Shown here one piece after another: positions 1-5,536 of a DNA stretch of 5,536 bases. The translations under genes and the position numbers were made by a program. The DNA is from Octopus sinensis (Eukaryota). Every line of letters starts with the position of its first letter. Within the stretch, counting starts at the first letter, position 1. The notes beneath the pieces were generated by a model. It made no database searches and was not told the DNA's origin. It saw only the letters and a program-made list of their open reading frames with translations. The stretch spans positions 1 through 5,536 of the forward strand of contig NW_021830089.1 in assembly GCF_006345805.1 (NCBI RefSeq). The letters run 5' to 3'.

Positions 1-13
1 AACACAACACATA

Positions 14-240
14 TCTCTTGTCTTTTTCCAATCATTAGACCGCGGCCATACTGAAGCACCACCTTGAAGAACCTTAGTTGAATGAATCGACCCCTGTACT
101 TCTTTTTTTTCCCCTTTTTGCTTTTTTTAAGCCCAGTACTTTATTCTATTGACCTCTTTTTGCCAAACCACTAAGTTACAACTACATAGACACCAACACT
201 GGTTCTTAAGCGTTGGTGGGGCACAAACACAGACACAAAG
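14..240 (-). mobile_element. Diverged 3' half of tRNA-derived SINE family A (5' part absent)
   Basis: Colinear with 465-665 in this window: gcggccatactgaagcaccacc vs gcggccatgctggagcaccacc; aagcccagtactttattctat vs aagcctagtacttattctat; acaaacacagacac shared. A T-rich expansion lies at 100-128. Confidence 0.85.
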
Positions 241-245
241 ACTGT

Positions 246-297
246 TGTGTGTGTGTATGTGTGTGTGTGTGTGTGTGTGTTTCTCTCTCTCTCTCTC
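246..297. repeat. Compound (TG)n-(CT)n microsatellite
   Basis: (TG)n at 246-280 directly followed by (CT)n at 283-297. Confidence 0.95.
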
Positions 298-460
298 ATT
301 CTAAACACCTATTGATTTTGACGAAGCTAACGAAGCCGTCAGCAATGAATTTTAAAGCAGGAATTAACCAATGTAACCCAGTCAGTGCAATAAAAACAGC
401 CCTGTAGTATCAAATGCCATTATCAATTGTGTTATTCCAGTTGATATTACCCTGATGGAT

Positions 461-664
461 ATTCTTACTCTTTTGCTTGTTTCAGTCAGTTGACTGCGGC
501 CATGCTGGAGCACCACCTTTAGTCGAGCACATCGACCGCAGGACTTATTCTTTGTAAGCCTAGTACTTATTCTATCAGTCTCTTTTGCCGAACCGCCAAG
601 TTACGGGGACGTAAACACGCCGGCATCGGTTGTCAAGCAATGTTGAGGTGACAAACACAGACAC

Positions 665-700
<36 letters not shown>

Positions 701-887
701 ACACACATATATATACATATATACGATGGGCTTCTTTCAGTTTTTGTCTACCAAATCCACTCACAAGGCTTTGGTCAGCCCAAGGCTATAGTAGAAGACA
801 CTCGCCCAAGGTGCCATGCAGTGGGACTGAACCCGGAACCATGTGGTTTGTAAGCAAGCTACTTACCACACAGCCACTCCTGCACCT
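461..887 (-). mobile_element. Full-length octopus-type tRNA-derived SINE (family A) with internal (AT)/(GT) microsatellite
   Basis: The minus strand begins aggtgcaggag. A-box TGGCTGTGTGG at 876-866 and B-box GGTTCAGTCCC at 833-823. A CORE-like ccttgggcgagtgtcttctac follows, then the internal microsatellite 669-724, a 3' module (taagtactagg...gtcctgcggtcgat) and an A-rich tail gaaacaagcaaaagagtaagaat. A weak target-site duplication (TSD) candidate is 455-469 vs 888-902 (11/15). Three homologous pieces occur elsewhere in the window. Confidence 0.92.
669..724. repeat. (AC)n-(AT)n microsatellite inside SINE A
   Basis: Direct reading. A shorter equivalent sits at the same position in the copy at 4230-4272. 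Confidence 0.95.
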
Positions 888-1002
888 ATCAACTTTCTTA
901 CTATCATGTATGGATTCAGAAATGGAAATATTGTAAATATTCTAAACCAAGAAAATAGGTTCCATGTGGAAGGCATCTTTTCCTAGATTCTCCTGGAAGA
1001 GT

Positions 1003-1139
1003 CACAGGTATGGCTATGTGGTGAAGAAGCTCATTTTGCAACTAAGTGGTCCCAGGTTCTGTCCCACTGCATGGCACTTTGGTAAAATGTCTTCTACTAC
1101 AGCCTCAGGTCAACCAATGCATTGTGATTGAATTTGGTC
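1003..1139 (+). mobile_element. Diverged 5' head of SINE family A, opposite orientation to 461-887
   Basis: A-box TGGCTATGTGG at 1011-1021. Exact blocks gtcccactgcatggcac and tgtcttctacta match the reverse complement of 745-887. Roughly 70-75% identity by eye. Confidence 0.85.
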
Positions 1140-1272
1140 AGTAGGTATTGGTATTTTCCATTGAGTTAGAAATTTGTCTGGGAATCTGACAGGGGGCAGC
1201 ACTGGATAGATATGGTGTTTTAAATACCTTTTACCATCAGAGAGATTTTTTTTCTCCATTGTAAAAAAAAAA

Positions 1273-1504
1273 CATCTGGTTCACACTATAAAATGGTTGG
1301 ATTAAAACCATACCAAAATGGATCTTGCCTGTGCTGGTGCCACATATAAAGCATTCAGCCCATTCTGTGGTGGGGTTGGTGTTGGGAAGAGCGTCCAGCT
1401 GTAAAATCTGTACCAAAACAGACACAGAAATTTGCTGCAGTCTTCTGCCTGGCCAGCTCCTATCAAACCATCCAATCCATACCAACATGAAAAGTGGACT
1501 CTAA
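1273..1504 (+). mobile_element. Diverged 3' part of an RTE-dependent SINE / non-autonomous RTE-like element, with its (GAT)n tail split by the LINE
   Basis: ggaagagcgtccagctgtaaaa (1385-1406) resembles the GGAAGGGCATCCRGCNGTARAA motif of RTE 5' regions and Ceph-type SINE bodies. The end ccaacatgaaaagtggactctaa resembles the recalled octopus tail gcatggaaaacggacgttaa(atg)n. 1273-1320 looks like an internally deleted partial copy of the same motif. Family identity is from memory. Confidence 0.65.
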
Positions 1505-2195
1505 TCATCATCATCATCATTGTTTGACCGTGGTCGAGACAATAGAATTTACTATGTTATGCCAGACCTCACGGTCCATCATAGCATTACAGAGGTCCTG
1601 TTGCTGGATGCCTGTATCCCTGGAGATTACATCAGGGTAGGAGAGTGTGCGCCCTCTGGTATCGCAAGCAGATGGCTTCCAGAGGAGAAGAGTAGAAATT
1701 ACCTCGTTTTCAGCTCTACAACAATGTCCAGCAAACTGAACTCTTCAACCTTTCCAAAGAGATGATACAGGTGGTACTTTCCCATGTGTTTGTACTTTGT
1801 TTGGATGACGCTTCCACGAGAGATTTTGAGCTCTCATGAGGAGGCGAGTGTAAGTTCCATCCAACCGCCTCTCAAGCTTCTTTGATAACATCCAGGTTTC
1901 TGAGCCATATAGTAGAATTGGTTCAACTGTGGCTTTGAAGATTTTAAGTTTGAAATCTCTCCTTAGATTTGATGACCAGATCTTATGATTATCATTACAG
2001 GTTGACCAGCCCATACCCTTTCTAGTTAGAAAATCTTTTTCAGATGATGAATATGTATGGCCCAAGATATTTGTAATCAGAAACCATATTTAAGAGCGCA
2101 TTGTTGAGAGTATGGATGATGCAATCACTGTTGGACAGGCACTTGTTTACATATTCAGTCTTGGACTCATTGAGGTAAAGACCTACACAATTTGA
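1505..2195 (-). mobile_element. 5'-truncated RTE-clade non-LTR retrotransposon (LINE): end of the RT domain to the C-terminus, with a (TGA)5 tail; pseudogenised
   Basis: The minus strand translates SNCVGLYLNESKTEYVNK...VSDYKYLGPYI, then a +1 frameshift near 2051, then SSSEKDFLTRKGMGW...IFKATVEPILLYGSETWMLSKKLERRLDGTYTRLLMRAQNLSW...KG*RVQFAGHC...LLLWKP...YPDVISRDTG...AMMDREVW...TTVKQ*. GLxLNxxKT, YKYLG, LLYGSETW and FAGH are typical RTE motifs. One nonsense codon at 1745-1747. Confidence 0.95.
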
Positions 2196-2228
2196 TGATA
2201 ATGAAACTATGTGCAAGTGTGTGTGTGT

Positions 2229-2405
2229 GCAGGTTCATGGCCTTGTGGTTAGGCTGGTAGCACTTACAATCACAAGGTTATGGTTTCACTTTCAGGACCA
2301 GGTGATGCATTGTGCACTTGAACAAAACACATAATTTCACATTACTTCAGTCTGTTCAGCTGTATGTGGGTAACCATGCAACAGGCTGGCATTCTGTTCA
2401 GGACA
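2229..2405 (+). mobile_element. Old, diverged tRNA-derived SINE with a head related to the element at 3651
   Basis: A-box TGGCCTTGTGG at 2238-2248 followed by TTAGG. Degenerate B-box ggtttcactttc at 2282-2293. cttgaacaaaacac parallels attgagcgaaaacac of the 3651 element. The body catgcaacaggctggcattctgttcagg resembles the ctgcgatggactggc...gtccagg SINE domain. Confidence 0.7.
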
Positions 2406-2460
2406 GGCAGCGGGTATTGGCTTGCTTGCCTACCATCCTGCTCTCCAGCCTGCCTGTGTT

Positions 2461-2765
2461 CTATATATATAGAAAGAGAGAGACATACGCACATATGCAT
2501 GCACACATACATATATACACAGGCACAAACACACTCACTCATTCACATACACACATCACACACACACATCATACACACACACACACCACGCACACACATC
2601 ACATGCACACACACACACACACACATCACACACACACACCATGCACACACATCACGCACACACATCATGCACACACATCACGCACACACATCACGCACAC
2701 ACATCACACACACACACGCACAATCACACACATCACACACACACATACACATACATTCACACACA
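2461..2765. repeat. Complex (TA)/(GA)/(CA)n microsatellite containing a 13-bp minisatellite (GCACACACATCAC)x5 at 2643-2707
   Basis: Five head-to-tail 13-mers start at 2643, 2656, 2669, 2682 and 2695, with one variant base. Confidence 0.95.
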
Positions 2766-2854
2766 TGGAGATGGAATTCACTTTGACTACCTTGTGTCCT
2801 GGTAAATGTTGAAATATATAAGACTTGGTATAATCTAGAGAAATATAATTTGGA

Positions 2855-3092
2855 ATGCTAAGAGCTGTCAAAAACACCGCCAAAAATATCACATACCCAC
2901 ACACACACATTGAATAACATGTTTGTGTATGCACGCATACATACATACATACATACATACATACATACATGCATGCATGCATGCATGCATGCATGCATGT
3001 ATGTATGTATGCGTGCATACACAAACATGTTATTCAATGTGTGTGTGTGGGTATGTGATATTTTTGGCGGTGTTTTTGACAGCTCTTAGCAT
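2855..3092. repeat. Perfect 96-bp inverted repeat (2855-2950 / 2997-3092) with a 46-bp (ATAC)n-(GCAT)n spacer
   Basis: Checked base by base: position x pairs with 5947-x with no mismatch from 2855 to 2950. The ORFs 2704..3024(-) and 2923..3267(+) share the same peptide for this reason. Confidence 0.98.
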
Positions 3093-3232
3093 ACATACAT
3101 ACATACATACATACATGCATACATACATACATACATACATACATGCATACATACATACATACATACATACATACATACATACATACATACATACATGCAT
3201 GCATGCATGCATGCATGCATGCATGTGTGTGT
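3091..3232. repeat. (ATAC)6-ATGC-(ATAC)6-ATGC-(ATAC)12-AT-(GCAT)7-(GT)n compound microsatellite
   Basis: Direct reading. Interruptions at 3115-3118 and 3143-3146; (GCAT)7 at 3197-3224. Confidence 0.95.
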
Positions 3233-3442
3233 ACATAACTTCTAGAAGGTCTTTTCCAATTCCTTGAATGTCGAGTTTACATGATAATGTCAATGCAGGA
3301 AAAATATCTGACAACAGAAGCAAATTTCCCATATGGAATATGTAATGGATTGTCAAATACAGCTGTTCATTTAGTTCTTTACAATAAACAGAATCTATTC
3401 AATCCTCAATTACACAATATACATAAATGTGTGCATGTCTGT

Positions 3443-3459
3443 TGTGTGTGTGTGTGTGT
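3443..3459. repeat. Short (TG)n microsatellite
   Basis: Direct reading. Confidence 0.9.
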
Positions 3460-3650
3460 CATATGCTTGTAAATGTCTTTAGATATGTGTGTGCATGTAT
3501 AAGGGAAATTTGTAATAGAATACAGTGGAATCACAGTTTACAAATGCCTGTCACTATGATCAAATCAGTTTATGAACAGTTTTTTTGAACACAAGACATT
3601 TAGGGTGATGATGAACGGAGTAACAAACACGCAAGCCGGCAGCAACAGCT

Positions 3651-3850
3651 GTGGAGGCTCAATGGCACAGTGGTTAGGGCAGCGGACTCGCGGTCGGATG
3701 ATCGCGGTTTTGATTCCCAGACCGGGCGTTGTGTGTGTTTATTGAGCGAAAACACCTAAAGCTCCACGAGGCTCCGGCAGGGGGTGGTGGCGACCCCTGT
3801 TGTACTCTTTCGCTCCAACTTTCTCTCACTCTTTCTTCCTGTTTCTTGTC
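3651..3850 (+). mobile_element. Relatively young octopus tRNA-derived SINE (OR-like head and body), possibly extending to about 4172
   Basis: Perfect A-box TGGCACAGTGG at 3663-3673 and degenerate B-box ggttttgattcc at 3706-3717. CpG-rich. The body attgagcgaaaacacctaaagctccacgaggctccggcaggg...actttctctcactctttcttcctgtttc matches an abundant octopus SINE as I recall it. Confidence 0.88.
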
Positions 3851-4183
3851 CCTGACTTCCTACACAACCACTGAGCTTGGATGCACATTCATCCATCCGT
3901 TGATGCTCTCAGTGTCGGGGATTGACCTGCTTTCTCTTCTGCAGGTCTTACTAATAGCAAAGGACCACATTTTGGACTTCTCCCATCTTGCAAGCTCTGG
4001 AACGAAGACCGTTCACTCAACAGCTGGCATCAAGCTGGGGGTATTGGTGACCGATACTGTCAGTTGCTGTCTAGATTTTGCTCCTTGCTCATTCCTGCTC
4101 GACTTCAATGTGCTTCCTCTTGAATTCTCCTTGGGACAAAATAGTTTGGGTTTACGAGCATTTCAGGCAACAAACAGCCTTCT

Positions 4184-4430
4184 GGGATGGAAGCACACCA
4201 GCATCGGTTGTCAAGCGATGTTGGAGAGACAAACACAAACACATAAACACACACACACATACATATATATATGCGACGGGCTCCTTTCGGTTTCTGACTA
4301 CCAAATCCACTCTTTGGTTGGCCCAAGGCTATAGTAGAAGACACTTGCCCGAGGTGCCACGCAGTGGGAATTAACCCGGAACCATGTAGTTGGTAAGCAA
4401 GCTACTTACCACACAGTCACTCCTGCGCCT
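4184..4430 (-). mobile_element. 5' two-thirds of SINE family A (3' module missing)
   Basis: Colinear with about 606-887, with an 8-bp deletion of cacaaggc. The 5' end is aggcgcaggagtgactgtgtgg. Homology stops at about 4184. Confidence 0.92.
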
Positions 4431-4560
4431 CCCTTTTTTTTAATCCTTTCTTGTGTTATTTCAATTAATTCAAAAAATATTTTTACCGTAGTTTTTTTTT
4501 TTCTTTTTTGTTTTTATCTATGTTTTTGTGTAACTCTTTTCATCCTTTATAACTTTTTCA
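4431..4560. repeat. T-rich low-complexity tract
   Basis: Multiple poly-T runs. Confidence 0.7.
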
Positions 4561-4561
4561 T

Positions 4562-4880
4562 TTATTACCTCTGCCTTAGCGAAGGCAGAGATATCGTTTT
4601 CAGTCATGTTTGTTTGTTTGTTTGTTTGTCCATGGACAAGATATCTCAAGAACCCCTGGATGGATTAAGAATAAAACTTTAAGGCATGTTTGACCTCGTG
4701 AGCGGCATGAACTGATTAGATTTTAGAGAGCAGTCGGGTTCATTTTTAGTATTCCCATTTGTGAGAGCAGTCAAGTTTATTTCAGATATTCTCATTTTAA
4801 AAACCATCTCCAGCTAATCATTGAGAGGACATTAGTGTTGCCTTGGTGGAGGTTTTCACTTTCTGAGTGCACTTACTATT
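4562..4880 (+). mobile_element. Non-autonomous Helentron (HINE / DINE-1-like rolling-circle element)
   Basis: Starts ttattacctctgcc. The 5' hairpin is ctctgcctt-agcg-aaggcagag (4569-4590, 9-bp stem). (GTTT)5 at 4608-4627 and a 37-bp tandem pair at 4726/4763. The 3' subterminal inverted repeat (subTIR) ggtggaggt (4845-4853) is inverted to acctctgcc (4567-4575, 7/9). A 3' stem-loop cactt-tct-gagtg follows, and both ends are T-rich. Confidence 0.8.
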
Positions 4881-4895
4881 ATTAATTAGCTACAA

Positions 4896-5051
4896 AAGGT
4901 GACGAGTGGGTGAATGGTTAGCACGTCAGGCGAAAAGCTTAGTATTATTTCGCCCATTGCTATGTACCGAGTTCAAATTCCACTGAGGTCCACTTTACCT
5001 TTCATCCTTTTGGGGTCGATAAATTAAGTACCAGCTGAGTACTGGGGTCAA
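4896..5051 (+). mobile_element. 3'-truncated octopus SINE with a Meta-like central domain
   Basis: Degenerate tRNA-like head with B-box-like gagttcaaattcc, then ctttacctttcatccttttggggtcgataaattaagtaccagctgagtactggggtc, which resembles the MetaSINE-type domain as recalled. It ends abruptly at about 5051. Confidence 0.8.
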
Positions 5052-5100
5052 ACATTGGTGTTGACTTAGTGGTGATTTGCACTCTCTGGGTGCTCTTGTT
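5052..5100 (+). mobile_element. Orphan second Helentron/HINE 3' terminus
   Basis: 38/49 ungapped identity to 4829-4877, including the subTIR region and the hairpin gcactc-tct-gggtgc. Confidence 0.75.
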
Positions 5101-5280
5101 GGTTTTAAAATTTGAATAAAAACCTTCCTTCTTTTCAGACATATGTCAACAGAGTGCCGAGTAGAAAAACCACAAATGAACTTCTCAATGACAATCTAAT
5201 ACTCTATTCCTTGGGGTTTTGGTACCAGCTAATATAAATAATCACTATCTTAGACATGCTTCCTGGTTCTTTTATATAAA

Positions 5281-5302
5281 TTTTATCTCCTTTATTCCTT
5301 AG
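5281..5302 (+). promoter_or_regulatory. 3' splice acceptor (polypyrimidine tract + AG)
   Basis: ttttatctcctttattccttAG, with AG at 5301-5302. Confidence 0.85.
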
Positions 5303-5482
5303 GTCGTGGTTTTGGCAGCATTCTCACAGGAGTACTATTTACCATAGTCGGTGGTCTCTGGACATGGAGAATCTACAGCATAGCTGCATTCCTCATGATT
5401 CTCATAGCTATTCCTCTGCAGTGGTTTTTCTCAAAGGAAACTCAAAGAATGGAAGTTCCAGAACAAGCAAATAAATTTGAAA
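5303..5482 (+). CDS. MFSD6: Internal coding exon (180 bp, phase 1-1) of an MFSD6-like major facilitator superfamily transporter, C-terminal TM helices
   Basis: The stop-free translation (G)RGFGSILTGVLFTIVGGLWTWRIYSIAAFLMILIAIPLQWFFSKETQRMEVPEQANKFE resembles the MFSD6 GRGCGAMIGGVL...FGAAATFR segment as recalled: two hydrophobic helices, then a polar tail. It is flanked by a canonical AG and GTAAGT. The symbol is family-level only and the paralog is unknown. The exon is missing from the ORF track. Confidence 0.8.
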
Positions 5483-5488
5483 GTAAGT
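5483..5488 (+). promoter_or_regulatory. 5' splice donor GTAAGT
   Basis: Perfect consensus after TTT GAA A. Confidence 0.85.
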
Positions 5489-5536
5489 ATAACGGAAAGA
5501 ATGGAATATGAAATCGGAATAATTTATCACATTCAT

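Noticed and set aside
305-355. Coding-looking stretch TPIDFDEANEAVSNEF* after a pyrimidine tract
   Set aside because: There is an in-frame TAA at 302-304 and no AG acceptor upstream, and it is too short to support.
385-406. Possible Tc1/mariner TIR end (reverse complement TA-CAGGGCTGTTTT)
   Set aside because: There is no partner TIR or transposase in the window, and the motif is short enough to be chance.
213-1765. ORFs 213-407, 1237-1488, 1302-1520 and 1520-1765
   Set aside because: They overlap microsatellites, SINE remnants or the antisense strand of the LINE, with no motifs or splice support. ORFs 3281-3472, 4078-4374 and 4105-4344 are rejected for the same reason.
2855-3092. MITE or fold-back transposon interpretation of the palindrome
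   Set aside because: There is no TSD. The left arm is continuous with unique flanking DNA, and the re-duplicated microsatellite fits template switching better.
2641-3232. CRISPR-like array
   Set aside because: The units are contiguous simple repeats without unique spacers, and the context is eukaryotic.
2312-3356. His/Thr- and Met/Tyr/Val/Cys-rich ORFs on both strands
   Set aside because: These are translations of (CA)n, (ATAC)n and (GCAT)n repeats and of the inverted duplication.
3615-3643. Resemblance to the missing family A segment (acggggacgtaaacacgccggca)
   Set aside because: It needs several gaps in under 30 bp, which is not convincing.
3651-3725. tRNA gene interpretation of the A/B-box heads (also 815-887, 2229-2300, 4360-4430)
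   Set aside because: There is no acceptor-stem closure, and each head continues into a SINE body.
3729-4334. 201-aa plus-strand ORF
   Set aside because: It has a TTG start inside a SINE, runs through an antisense SINE and a microsatellite, and shows no recognisable domain. Only the middle is unexplained, and that is reported as a finding.

Overview
This is AT-rich eukaryotic DNA dense in repeats, almost certainly from an octopus/coleoid cephalopod. That assignment rests on my recall of octopus tRNA-derived SINE families, not on a search. One host exon is supported: 5303-5482 (+), 180 bp, AG..GT, phase 1-1, encoding two C-terminal transmembrane helices of an MFSD6-like MFS transporter. The upstream ~5.3 kb is therefore probably intron. 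It contains four pieces of one SINE family, three other tRNA-derived SINEs, an RTE-type SINE tail split by an antisense 5'-truncated RTE LINE (~1505-2195), a non-autonomous Helentron (HINE/DINE-1-like) with a second orphan 3' terminus, and many microsatellites. The most striking structure is a perfect 96-bp inverted duplication (2855-2950 / 2997-3092) folded around a palindromic (GCAT)7 tract, after which the (ATAC)n-(GCAT)7 block is repeated. It looks like a template-switch event or a fold-back assembly artefact. Only one ORF in the supplied track (1745-2065, LINE reverse transcriptase) is real coding-derived sequence. I see no evidence for a new protein-coding system.
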